Shown: positions 1 to 9,050, numbered from the stretch's first letter. The stretch is DNA of 26,216 bases from Pseudomonadota bacterium (GCA_043804515.1 JAZDIZ010000117.1:1-26216), one strand, 5' to 3'. The notes: generated by a model from the sequence alone, not told the origin. Translations and numbers: made by a program.

Positions 1-999
1 GGCCGAGAATGACGTGCGCGTGTCGCCCCGATCGATCATCAGCGCCCGGTACCTTCGGGTTTCCCCTTTGACCTTAGCTGCGGCCTCCACGAGCAGGATC
101 GCCAGATCCCGGTCCTTGGGAAAGTCGATCAAGGGCGCCAGAAACGCGATCAAGAACTCTCTCGGGATGATCCTTTGGTTTCCAACGCGAACCGGAGCCG
201 TCGAGAAAAGGCCCAAGTCGGAAAAACCCTTGAATGCCTCGAAGTGTCCCGGATACCGAAGCGTCTTGTAATCGAAATCTTTAACCTTCCCCCGGAACGA
301 ATAAGGAGCGGTAGAAGTTCCTCCCGTTGTTACGGCGGCCTCGAACATTCCCATTCCGGGAATCCGGACCGATTCCAACTCCGCGAGCGCCGGGATGCGC
401 CGGATTCTGCCGTCGCGCAGGACAATCGCGTCACCGCTGTACTCATTGATGAGCCCGTTCAGGCTGAACACGAATTTGTAATTGAACGGGGGGTGCGGTG
501 TTTGCGGCAGCCCGCCGCATCGCGCGTGTATCCAGGCGGGTTTTACGAGCTTTTCGATCGCCCGCGCCGCGAGGAGGTTTGAAAGGCCCGGCGCCAGGCC
601 GCAATCGGGGAGAAGAGACACGCCGGAGCGAACGGCCCGGCGATGGAGTCCGAGTTCTTTGCGGACCACGTCGGTGTTTCCGCCCAGGTCGGAAAAATGG
701 GCTTTCTCTTCCAAAGCCGCTTTTGCGGCCCCGAGATTGAGAAAATAGGGGAGGGCGCTTACGACGGCATGGGAGCCCCGGATCACCCGGCGGATTCGGG
801 CGGCGTTCCGGCAGTCCACCTGAAACGGGAACGCTATCCTGCGCCCCACGAGACGGTTGATACGCCCGGCGGCATCCCGCGCCCTGGAAAGATCCTGGTC
901 CGCCATCCTGATTTGGTCCGCTTCGCCGTGCACCGCCAGGTCATATCCGATGGCTGTGCCTTGGAAGCCCGCCCCTAGGACCGTGTAGCGAAATTTCAT
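1..999 (-). CDS. Saccharopine dehydrogenase-family / lysine 6-dehydrogenase-like oxidoreductase (3' end outside window)
   Basis: Not in ORF track; translated manually from ATG at 999: MKFRYTVLGAGFQGTAIGYDL (Rossmann GxGxxG), VSALPYFLN, DLGGN, PDCGLAPG, YKTLRYPGH; open to base 1. Confidence 0.85.
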   Translation of the reverse strand, partial: MKFRYTVLGAGFQGTAIGYDLAVHGEADQIRMADQDLSRARDAAGRINRLVGRRIAFPFQVDCRNAARIRRVIRGSHAVVSALPYFLNLGAAKAALEEKAHFSDLGGNTDVVRKELGLHRRAVRSGVSLLPDCGLAPGLSNLLAARAIEKLVKPAWIHARCGGLPQTPHPPFNYKFVFSLNGLINEYSGDAIVLRDGRIRRIPALAELESVRIPGMGMFEAAVTTGGTSTAPYSFRGKVKDFDYKTLRYPGHFEAFKGFSDLGLFSTAPVRVGNQRIIPREFLIAFLAPLIDFPKDRDLAILLVEAAAKVKGETRRYRALMIDRGDTRTSFSA

Positions 1000-1049
1000 T
1001 GTGGCGGAATCGTAGCCGGATTGAGGGATGAGACAAGCGCTGTGTCGGG

Positions 1050-1835
1050 CTAGAGCATGGACCGGTCCGTGGCGCGCCTCTGACACCTTTGGAATCGGGG
1101 AACGAGAGAATCCGTCAAGCGCGCCCGATCGCTTAAATTGATCTGTTCAAAGTGGATTCCCATTCCCGGAGGGTAGAGGGATAAATTCGGAGAGGCGGCT
1201 GAAGTTCTCTTGTAAGCGACGCTTCCGCTCGCGAGAATGGGTCGGGAGATTTCCGGAAGCGAGATCTGAAGTTCCACGGGTGTGCCGATGTCGAAGGGGC
1301 TTTTCGTGCGGAGGAACACTCCTGCGGCGCTCAGGTCTCCTGTCTCGGAAGAAAAATGCCGATGGGTGCCCTCAATCTTCCCCCGAGCTTTGACCGTGGC
1401 CAACGCACGGGCGTGCCGCCTGCGGTTCTGCTGTTGCGGAAACAGGAAATAATTCATGACAAATGCGAGGTCGGCCGTGTCATAGGTTCTTGCGACCATC
1501 CCGTCCACATCCAAAGCGTCTTCCAGTTGAAAAAATTCATCCTTGAAGTGTTGCCGCACCAGGATGATCTTCGAGGACGCGAGGTGGGTGTCGGTCAGGA
1601 ATAAAGAACGTAAACAGCGCCCGTCGAATCCGGGAACCGTGGGATCCAGGAAAAGAAGGAGGTTGGGCGCACTCCGTGAATGCAGCCGTTCAAAGTACTC
1701 GTGGCAATCCGAAGTGGTCCGGCACGCGCAGCCCAGCGTTCGCAAAACATCGGATAATCGTGATTCGAATGGATGCGCCGGACCCTCTCGGCACAGGATC
1801 CAAGCCTCCGGAGATGTGAATTTTTGCGACGCCAT
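1050..1835 (-). CDS. Degenerate receiver domain fused to C-terminal PilZ domain (likely c-di-GMP binding)
   Basis: RRRHAR (RxxxR) and DLSAAG (DxSxxG) motifs, PGMGIHF tail typical of Myxococcus-type PilZ; N-terminal LLLFLDPTVPGFDG resembles REC beta3. Confidence 0.8.
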   Translation of the reverse strand: MASQKFTSPEAWILCREGPAHPFESRLSDVLRTLGCACRTTSDCHEYFERLHSRSAPNLLLFLDPTVPGFDGRCLRSLFLTDTHLASSKIILVRQHFKDEFFQLEDALDVDGMVARTYDTADLAFVMNYFLFPQQQNRRRHARALATVKARGKIEGTHRHFSSETGDLSAAGVFLRTKSPFDIGTPVELQISLPEISRPILASGSVAYKRTSAASPNLSLYPPGMGIHFEQINLSDRARLTDSLVPRFQRCQRRATDRSML

Positions 1836-1894
1836 TTGCGCTCCGCGTCCCCCCTACCTTGAGACCGGAAACGTCCCCCGCCACTACCGATTTC

Positions 1895-1924
1895 ATTATA
1901 AACTTCCGGGGGTTACACCTTCAA
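1895..1924 (-). promoter_or_regulatory. Sigma70-type promoter candidate for the PilZ gene
   Basis: TTGAAG-N18-TATAAT on minus strand about 60 bp upstream of the start. Confidence 0.55.
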
Positions 1925-1977
1925 CGGAAAAGCGGTGACGTCGAAACGTACTGGGACTTCCGCGGGCTAAGGCTTTG

Positions 1978-2946
1978 TTAAGAAAGGTGATCCCAACCTG
2001 TCGGGTGCAATAGAACTTTGGTTGCACCGGGCGTGCACGACCAGATCCGGCCGATTCCCCTCCGAACGCTGCCGATCCGATGGACTCCTCCCCGCAGTCT
2101 TTGTTCGATCGACGCGCGGTTGCGGGGCTTGGCCGTGAAGAGGAGCTCATAATCGTCGCTCGGCCGCGCAAGCAAACTGGTCCAATCGAGCCCCAATTCC
2201 TTAAGGGCGCGGCGTGTCTTGACGGGAACAGGGATCGCACTCAAGTCGAGATGGAGGTCCACACGGCTGGCGTCGGCCATATGCCGTGCGTCCGCTAGGA
2301 GCCCGTCGCTGACATCGATTGCGGCCGAGACGAGGCCATTCAAACGTAAGGCCTCCCGGACACGGGCGGTCGGCGACCGCCAGCGCGAAAGAACCGGACG
2401 GAACCGTGCTTTCCTTCCTTTTTCGCGGCTCAAAATCTCGAGAGCCAACGCCGAAAGACCCGGAGAGCCCGTCACGTAGACGTCGTCGCCGGGCCTGGCG
2501 GTCGAGCGAAGCCAGGCTTTCCCCCGTTGAACCCGGCCGATCACGGTGATCTGGACGGAAAATTTTGCCGCCGATGAGATGTTGCCTCCCAGAATTGAGG
2601 CTCCGCACCTTTGGAATTCCCTTCGAATGCCCCGCGCGATCCCCAGAATGTTCCGAGCGGGGTGATCCCTCGGGAATTCGAACGAGACAAGCCCGTGCAT
2701 CGGCCGGGCCCCCATCGCGGCGATATCGCTGAGGGCGCAGGCCGCGGCCCGCCCTCCCAACTCCTCGAACTTCAGCCATTCCCATCGGAAATGAACTCCC
2801 TCGACGTGCGTGTCGACGGTCCATACGAGGTCCCAGCCCGCAGGTGCCCGGAAAACCGCCGCGTCGTCGCCGATCCCGACAAGAGGTGCGCGCGGGACGC
2901 CGAATATCTTTTGAAGAGAGCGGATGAGCTCGAATTCAGTGGGCAA
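1978..2946 (-). CDS. thiL: Thiamine-monophosphate kinase
   Basis: EFELI, GIGDDAA, TVDTHVEGVHF, SDIAAMGARP, GGN, DVSDGL, DDYELLF, GWDHL. Confidence 0.95.
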   Translation of the reverse strand: MPTEFELIRSLQKIFGVPRAPLVGIGDDAAVFRAPAGWDLVWTVDTHVEGVHFRWEWLKFEELGGRAAACALSDIAAMGARPMHGLVSFEFPRDHPARNILGIARGIRREFQRCGASILGGNISSAAKFSVQITVIGRVQRGKAWLRSTARPGDDVYVTGSPGLSALALEILSREKGRKARFRPVLSRWRSPTARVREALRLNGLVSAAIDVSDGLLADARHMADASRVDLHLDLSAIPVPVKTRRALKELGLDWTSLLARPSDDYELLFTAKPRNRASIEQRLRGGVHRIGSVRRGIGRIWSCTPGATKVLLHPTGWDHLS

Positions 2947-2970
2947 GCCGACCTGCGTTCTTCATCAGAA

Positions 2971-3258
2971 GCTCCGAGTCACTACGAAACGATCAGATTT
3001 GTCCGCAGGTCAAGGCAGACGCCGAGCACAGACCGGAGTTGGCTTGACAGGCCAATGAGGACTGCGCATTGCAAACCCGCCAAGAATAAGGTGCCTCGAA
3101 TGCGAGCTAGCGCAGCATTCGACACAACGGCGAGTTTGCTGCGTCGAACGCAGAGCAAACTGCCGACGTGTGTTCGTGCTCGCCGGCTCGCACTCAGACA
3201 TTGGGATTTCGGCAGTTTGAATGGCAAATATGACGTTTCCCTCATGAGTACTCCGAGC
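2971..3258. repeat. Structured intergenic element (MITE-like or cis-acting RNA) between BMC-T gene and thiL
   Basis: Imperfect terminal inverted repeat GAAACGATCAGATTTGTCC (2986-3004) / GGCAAATATGACGTTTC (3223-3239); ~92-nt internal hairpin 3101-3192; small hairpin TTGGC-TTGACAG-GCCAA 3039-3055. Confidence 0.6.
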
Positions 3259-3911
3259 TACCGATCGAGGCCCGGATTTTCGCGGCCCGAAAGCTGGGCC
3301 AAAGACGTCTTTGCGGCCTTAGCGGCCTCCGCGATTTCATCCTCGTTCCCGCTCAGGTAGAGACGGCCGAACGCTCCGAACGAGATCATCTCCAGGAGGT
3401 GAATCGGCGACGCCTTTTCCGCCTCGTTGGCGGCGAAAGCGGCGTACCCGGCCGGATGGACTTCCATGACGTAGAACGTCCGTCCCTCCAGAATCAGATC
3501 GCCGTGGCGCATCCGGTTGATCAACATGGCCTGGTAGCCGGAAATGTCGGTGATGATCTCGCTCGTGAGGACTTTCGGCTTGAGCCTGGAACTTTCCTCC
3601 AGGCCGTAGTGCTCCAGGATCGCGCTGCCCGCTTGCCGGACCTGCCCCTGGTCAAAACTGTGGAGTTCCAGGAGACCGAAGGCCCGCTCCACGATCTGCA
3701 TCCCGGGCGTGACGCTCGTCCTTTTGAGCGCCACGTCGGTCACTTCGTTGATCGAAATGCCCGGCGCGATCTCGACGAAAAGCGAAGCCTGGGATTCCAG
3801 CGGCTGGAACCCCTGCGCGACGGTCTGAAGAAATCCCGCCAATTGCGGCTGGAGCACATCCAGGTAGACGTAGGTGCGAAGGTCTATGGTTTCGTTGGGG
3901 ACCATGGTCAC
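3258..3911 (-). CDS. Bacterial microcompartment shell protein, tandem-domain double-stacking type (CcmP/CsoS1D-like BMC-T)
   Basis: LRTYVYLDVLQPQ, VEIAPGI, DVALK, VERAFGLLELH, LINR, EVHPAGYAAFAANEAEKAS, GAFGRLYLSG match the CcmP family; alternative ATG start at 3905. Confidence 0.9.
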   Translation of the reverse strand: MTMVPNETIDLRTYVYLDVLQPQLAGFLQTVAQGFQPLESQASLFVEIAPGISINEVTDVALKRTSVTPGMQIVERAFGLLELHSFDQGQVRQAGSAILEHYGLEESSRLKPKVLTSEIITDISGYQAMLINRMRHGDLILEGRTFYVMEVHPAGYAAFAANEAEKASPIHLLEMISFGAFGRLYLSGNEDEIAEAAKAAKTSLAQLSGRENPGLDR

Positions 3912-4429
3912 TGAAGCTGGATTTCGATCTCCGCGAGGGCCTGTCTTGCGGGGAGGTACTCGGGATCGGCCTCAAGCGCTTTTTGAAGTTCCTCCATGGC
4001 CCGCTGGAGCATACCCTTTTTCAGGAACACGCGGCTCAGATTGTAGTGCGGAAACACGTGGCCATCGTACCGCGTCGCGATCGTTGCCCGCTCGAGGTAG
4101 GGGACCGCTTCCTCCTCTTTCCCCAGCTCGATCAGGTACGCTCCGATGTCGTTCCAGGGATTTCCGAACTCCGGATCGATCTTGATCGCGCGCTTGCATT
4201 CCGCGATCGCCTCTTCGTACCGCCCCATGAAACCCAAGGTCCATCCCAGGAAGGTGTGAGCCTCGGCCGTGGGATGGAGTTCGATGGAGCGTTTGTACAT
4301 CGACGCGGCCTCGTCCAGCTTCCCGATCATCTGAAGCTCGTACGCTTTGGTACAAAGATCCCGTGCGTCTGTCTCGCGAAGCCGATCCAAAAATTCCTCT
4401 GCTGCGGCTCTTATCAACCTGCACCCCAC
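3908..4429 (-). CDS. Tetratricopeptide-repeat protein
   Basis: About four TPR units (AEAHTFLGWTL..GRYEEAIAECKRAIKIDP; PWNDIGAYL; PHYNLSRVF..ALEADP); start codon uncertain. Confidence 0.85.
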   Translation of the reverse strand: MGCRLIRAAAEEFLDRLRETDARDLCTKAYELQMIGKLDEAASMYKRSIELHPTAEAHTFLGWTLGFMGRYEEAIAECKRAIKIDPEFGNPWNDIGAYLIELGKEEEAVPYLERATIATRYDGHVFPHYNLSRVFLKKGMLQRAMEELQKALEADPEYLPARQALAEIEIQLQ

Positions 4430-4512
4430 GTGTCAAAACGAAAACCGCCGATGACCACACCGGATGAAAATTCGCCGAACTTCTCGGGATCGGGCAGCAT
4501 AGATGTCTGCCG

Positions 4513-5961
4513 GTGAATATTCGAAGCGTTCGGACATTTCTGTTGTTGGCTTTCGGTGTCGTGTGTTTCCTGGCTTTTCTGCGTCCGATTTCATCGAACG
4601 ATTTCTGGTGGCACGTCAAAACCGCAGAGGTTTTCCTCAGGACGGGAAAAGGCCTTTTTGTCGACGTCTTCTCGCACACTGCCGCGGGCGCTCCACTTCC
4701 GAACCACGAGTGGGGAGCCCAACTGATCCTCTATTTCGCCACGTGCGTGTTCGGATTGACCGGTGTGCGGCTGATGGCTGCAGGTGCGGGGACCGCGATC
4801 ATCCTTTGGCAGTGCTTTTGGGGATCACGCGCAACGCTCGGGGCTCTCGGGTTCCTGGCTGCGGGAATATCCGCTCCTTTTCTTGTACGTTGGGTCGAGC
4901 CGCGGCCGGCTCTTTTTTCCGCTGTCTTCGGTGCGACGCTGCCGTTTCTCCTCCAGTGGCTTCGGGATGGGCTCACCTGGAGAAGGGTCGCGATCGTCTT
5001 TCTGCTTTTCTGTCTCTGGATGAATCTCCACGCCGAGGCCCTGATCGGAATCCTCCTGGCGGTTCTCTACCTGGCTCTCGTGAACGTCCGGAGTGATGAA
5101 GACTCTCGGCGTTATTCATGGAAACGGCTTGCTCTCGTGATCCTCGTCCTGTCGACGGCGGTGTTCGCGCAGCCCTTCGGGTGGCACCTCCCGGTCCAGA
5201 TGTACCGGGATGCCTTGCACAGCACGATGGTGGTTCGGGAATGGAGGCCCACGGTTCCCGCGCTTTTCCTCATGAGGGAGTGGAGTCTGATCGCTCTGTT
5301 GCCGATTCTCTGGTTCGCGGGGATCGCCACGCTCTGGAGGAATCGCCGCCGGATTCCGGCGAGTGAGGCGGCGCTTTGGGCCGTCGCCTCCGTCGTGTCG
5401 CTCCTTGCGATCCGGGAGATCTGGTGGATCGTCATCCCTTGCGGCTACGTCGCCCGGTGGCTGACGCTGTTCCGGTGGAGTCGTCGCCGCCTAACGAAGC
5501 TTGTGCTTTTGGCGATGGTATTTTGGTTGGCGGCTCTCCCATGGCAAAAAATGCGCTTCGAAAATTGGGTGGCGGATGTCGAGGAAGGCGACTTTCCCGT
5601 CGCTCAAGCCGATTTCATCGAAAGAAAAGGCCTTAAAGGCGACCTCTTCAACTTCTACGACAACGGCGGGTATCTGATCTACCGCCTCTATCCCCGATGC
5701 CGAACGTTCATCGACCCTCGCCACTATCCCTTCTCGCAAGAGGTATGGAATGCGCATGACGAGATTCTCTACGGCGGCCCCCGTGCCCAGGAGCTTCTGG
5801 ACCGGTATCACGTGGACCTTCTGTTGATCCGGTCCGGTTATTTCGCCGATCCGGAACGTAACCCATTCTGGTTCCGGGCGTTTACCGACGGCCACTATGA
5901 CGTCTACATCCGCAAGAACGCGCGAAATCTTGAGAATTTGAAACGAGTCGGCGTGCTATAA
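4513..5961 (+). CDS. Polytopic membrane protein, probable GT-C-fold glycosyltransferase-like family
   Basis: Many hydrophobic helices; NDFWWH..DVFSHT..NHEW loop, RP motif, WMNLH, EWRP, C-terminal GGYLIY..FIDPR soluble domain. Confidence 0.6.
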   Translation: MNIRSVRTFLLLAFGVVCFLAFLRPISSNDFWWHVKTAEVFLRTGKGLFVDVFSHTAAGAPLPNHEWGAQLILYFATCVFGLTGVRLMAAGAGTAIILWQCFWGSRATLGALGFLAAGISAPFLVRWVEPRPALFSAVFGATLPFLLQWLRDGLTWRRVAIVFLLFCLWMNLHAEALIGILLAVLYLALVNVRSDEDSRRYSWKRLALVILVLSTAVFAQPFGWHLPVQMYRDALHSTMVVREWRPTVPALFLMREWSLIALLPILWFAGIATLWRNRRRIPASEAALWAVASVVSLLAIREIWWIVIPCGYVARWLTLFRWSRRRLTKLVLLAMVFWLAALPWQKMRFENWVADVEEGDFPVAQADFIERKGLKGDLFNFYDNGGYLIYRLYPRCRTFIDPRHYPFSQEVWNAHDEILYGGPRAQELLDRYHVDLLLIRSGYFADPERNPFWFRAFTDGHYDVYIRKNARNLENLKRVGVL

Positions 5962-5969
5962 AGGTCGGG

Positions 5970-6857
5970 ATGACGGCAAACGGAAAAAAGGCGCGGCTTC
6001 CGGCTTTGATCCTCCATGCGGGCGCGGGGAGAGTTCCGGATTCGCGCGTAAAAATAGACCGGGCCAGGGAATCCCTCAATCGGATTGCGGACGAGACGTT
6101 CCGTCGCCTCAAAAAACTTTCAGCGCTCGAATGCGTGATCTGGGCCGTAACCGAGCTGGAGAACGATCCTCAATTCAACGCGGGGACCGGCGGAAAACTC
6201 CAAAGCGACGGCGTCATCCGGCTCACCGCCTCTATCATGGATGGAGCGCAGCTGCGTTTCGCGGGGGTCAGTGCCGTGGAGCAGGTCAAGAACCCTGTCC
6301 AGATCGCCAGGCTTTTGCTGAACGAGAAAGACCGGGTTTTGGGAGGAGACGGCGCCCGGGCTTATGCCCGCGCGCACGGATTCGGCCCGTACAACCCGTT
6401 GACGGAAGAAGCGTGGTCGGAATGGAAACGGAAGAGCGAGAAGAGGGAACGGAAAAGAGAAGAATCGTACGGCACTGTGGGCGCCGTAGCGGTTGATCTT
6501 GAAGGACACTGCGCGGCGGCCACGTCCACCGGCGGAAAAGGAATGGAGATTCCGGGGAGGATGAGCGGCACGGCATCCGTGGCCGGCACGTACGCCTCCA
6601 AGAAGGCGGCTGTTTCGGCCACGGGCGTAGGGGAGGAGATCACGGAGCTGGCTTTGGCCGTGCGCCTGGTCATGCGCGCGGAATCCGACCGTTCCCTTTC
6701 GCGCTCGTTTGCGAACACGTTCCGCGAGCTGCGGAAGGCGAAGTTCCGCGCCGGCGCGGTCGGCGTGGATTGGAACGGGAACGCCTGCGTGGACACCACG
6801 ACGGAATGCATCTTTCACGCCATCCGCACGCCAAAGATTCGCAAAGGATATCCCTAA
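5970..6857 (+). CDS. iaaA: Isoaspartyl peptidase / L-asparaginase (Ntn hydrolase)
   Basis: LHAGAG, LENDPQFNAGTG, ASIMDG, KNPV, GTVGAVAVD, ATSTGG, SATGVGE. Confidence 0.9.
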   Translation: MTANGKKARLPALILHAGAGRVPDSRVKIDRARESLNRIADETFRRLKKLSALECVIWAVTELENDPQFNAGTGGKLQSDGVIRLTASIMDGAQLRFAGVSAVEQVKNPVQIARLLLNEKDRVLGGDGARAYARAHGFGPYNPLTEEAWSEWKRKSEKRERKREESYGTVGAVAVDLEGHCAAATSTGGKGMEIPGRMSGTASVAGTYASKKAAVSATGVGEEITELALAVRLVMRAESDRSLSRSFANTFRELRKAKFRAGAVGVDWNGNACVDTTTECIFHAIRTPKIRKGYP

Positions 6858-6865
6858 GCAAAAAC

Positions 6866-6893
6866 CCGGAATCCGGAGACCGGAAACCGGATC
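6866..6893 (+). repeat. Four tandem imperfect heptamers CCGGAnn
   Basis: CCGGAAT CCGGAGA CCGGAAA CCGGATC just after the iaaA stop. Confidence 0.6.
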
Positions 6894-6956
6894 AGGTTTC
6901 GAGCAGACAGGCATTCTGTCCCCGGCATCAGGGCTTAGGCTGTGAATGTCGGAGCT

Positions 6957-7760
6957 TTAACGACTGATCGTACAATTGCTTACCGTTGCATCTATATTGA
7001 GACATCCGCTGCTTGCTGGAGACACATCGCATGTAATCGTGGCATTCCCTGACGCATCCTTGCCCGGGACGGATATTTGCGAACAGTCGTCATTGGCCCA
7101 AAACCCCCCGGAGAGAAAGAGGACATTTTCGTCATCTGCATAAAAGGAGAACAGACCATCAAGATTATAATCGCAGAACTCGTACGTATGTGCCGCGCCG
7201 TTGATCGTGCAGGTCGCATTCTCGCAAAGGATCCAGCTGTTGCTGATATGCGACGGAAACTCGACTTTATCCAAGAGTTTGAATTCACCGTTGCACGTCC
7301 ATTCCTTGCCGGGGCAATTAACCGTTGCGCTCGTCTCCTCAAAGGTTGTTTCCATCAAAAGGCCGTCAAAACCTGCGTCTTCCGGTAGTGAGCCGTTGGA
7401 TGTCTTGGAGCTGTACGTTACGTTTCCCGAACCGGAGCATCCCGTTGGAAGACTACCAACCATTACTCCCGCGTTGACCAGACAATTCACATCGATTTCG
7501 CCCGATGTGCCATCGCTGTTAATCGTAAAGCAATTGGTGGTGGCAGAATCGGTGTTGTTGGCGAAGAACGCCGTTCCGATTCGAATGGTTTCAAAAAAAT
7601 TCTGCGTCAGACCATTGATGTTGCTGTTTGTGAACGAGCCGGTCGGACTAGAAAAATCCTGGGCATTGGGCTCTCTGGCTCCTCCCCCGCCGGCACCACA
7701 GCGGACCAAGATAATTACAGCAACGATGAACAGCGGTATTCCAAGGTGAACATTTTTCAT
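6957..7760 (-). CDS. Hypothetical Cys-rich exported protein / probable lipoprotein
   Basis: Preferred ATG 7760: MKNVHLGIPLFIVAVIILVRC-GAGGGG (atypical lipobox plus Gly linker); 12 further Cys; Asn/Ser/Thr-rich; more AT-rich codons than neighbours. Confidence 0.65.
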   Translation of the reverse strand: MKNVHLGIPLFIVAVIILVRCGAGGGGAREPNAQDFSSPTGSFTNSNINGLTQNFFETIRIGTAFFANNTDSATTNCFTINSDGTSGEIDVNCLVNAGVMVGSLPTGCSGSGNVTYSSKTSNGSLPEDAGFDGLLMETTFEETSATVNCPGKEWTCNGEFKLLDKVEFPSHISNSWILCENATCTINGAAHTYEFCDYNLDGLFSFYADDENVLFLSGGFWANDDCSQISVPGKDASGNATITCDVSPASSGCLNIDATVSNCTISR

Positions 7761-7859
7761 GTTGGCGTTCCTTTCTCTTCTCTTCGCGGGTTCATTTCTC
7801 CCACGTCCTTTGCGCAAGAACAAATAGTCCTTCGTTAGAATTCCGGTTACTGGAGACGG

Positions 7860-9011
7860 TCAAGTCAGAAACTTCTCGACGGGCATAGCTTCGATACCCG
7901 GCATAAACGCCCGCAGGATCGGCTGGCGGTCCGATCCCCGATGAACCAGGACGGAACGGATTTTTCTCCCGCGAATCGCCCGGGCAAGCTTTTCCATGGA
8001 GGATGCCAGGCCCGTCGTGACGGTTTTGGTCCATTTCACCTCAGCCAGAACCAACGAATCCTTGTCCGGAAAAAGAAAATCGGTCTCCAACCCTTGTTGA
8101 TCCCGGAAATAATAAAGTTCCCGACGTTTCCCTCGATTGATTTGGCGTTTGACGATCTCTGAGGCCACGAAACTCTCGAAAACGGCGCCCACGAACGTGG
8201 ACCGTGCCAAAGACGGTTCGTCCTGGATTCCGAGCAGGTAGCACAGCAGGCCCGTATCGACCCAGTGCAACTTCGGGGCTTTGATGATCCGTTTCCCGAA
8301 GTTTTCAAAGTACGGCGGGATCAGAAGTATCTGCCCTGTCGTTTCCAGAATACTCAACCACTGCGTGACCGTCGGAACGGACACACCGAGAGGCGCGCTC
8401 AGATCGGTCTTGTTCAGCACCTGCCCGCTCCGGCTGGCCACCAGAGAAAGGAATCTGCGGAAGGTGGAAAGGTCCCTGACGGCCAGGAGACTTCGGACAT
8501 CCCGCTCCAGGTAGGTCTGGACGTAAGAACGAAACCAAACGGATCGTTGAGACGGATTGGCGATGGCCTCCGGAAACATGCCCCGCGTGAGCTTCCATGA
8601 CCCGATTTCGCTGAGTGAGAACGGCAGGAGCTGAAACACGGCGGCGCGTCCGGCCATCGATTCGGTGACGCCTTTCATCAGCGTGAAGTCCTGGGAACCG
8701 GTGAGGAGCCACTGGCCCTTTCGACGCTGTGCCCTATCGGCCCGACTCCGAATGTACGGAAGGATCTGGGGAACATTCTGAATTTCGTCCAGGATCGCAG
8801 GCGTTTTCACTTCGTCCAGCCAGCCGCGAGGGTCGGCTTTAATCCGGCCGATCACATCCGGATCTTCCAGAAGATGATAGGAAGCCGCCGGAAAAGTCTT
8901 TTGGAGAAGAAGGGTTTTTCCGGCTCGCCTCGGGCCGGAAACTACGAGAGCCGGGAAATGCCGCGCCGCTTTTATCAATTCCGGCCCCAGTTCGCGCGGA
9001 ATCCATCTCAT
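7860..9011 (-). CDS. AAA_14 ATPase with DUF4143 C-terminal domain
   Basis: GPRRAGKT Walker A, LDEIQ Walker B, LTGSQ, ESMAGR, YLERD, KAPKLHWVDTGL, YYFRDQQGLETDF, EVK. Confidence 0.9.
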   Translation of the reverse strand: MRWIPRELGPELIKAARHFPALVVSGPRRAGKTLLLQKTFPAASYHLLEDPDVIGRIKADPRGWLDEVKTPAILDEIQNVPQILPYIRSRADRAQRRKGQWLLTGSQDFTLMKGVTESMAGRAAVFQLLPFSLSEIGSWKLTRGMFPEAIANPSQRSVWFRSYVQTYLERDVRSLLAVRDLSTFRRFLSLVASRSGQVLNKTDLSAPLGVSVPTVTQWLSILETTGQILLIPPYFENFGKRIIKAPKLHWVDTGLLCYLLGIQDEPSLARSTFVGAVFESFVASEIVKRQINRGKRRELYYFRDQQGLETDFLFPDKDSLVLAEVKWTKTVTTGLASSMEKLARAIRGRKIRSVLVHRGSDRQPILRAFMPGIEAMPVEKFLT

Positions 9012-9050
9012 GTTGAGAAGTCTAAGGTATTACTTTATATAACTCAACAT
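9010..9050 (-). promoter_or_regulatory. Leaderless sigma70-type promoter bracketed by an 8-bp inverted repeat
   Basis: TTGAGT-N17-TAGACT-N7-ATG; ATGTTGAG (9010-9017) / CTCAACAT (9043-9050). Confidence 0.55.

Noticed and set aside
2982..3245. 87-aa ORF between BMC-T and thiL
   Set aside because: No recognisable protein features; region is better explained by inverted repeats
2971..3258. TPP riboswitch upstream of thiL
   Set aside because: Conserved GCUGAGA and CUGAU..GCGNAGGGA core not found in the proper arrangement
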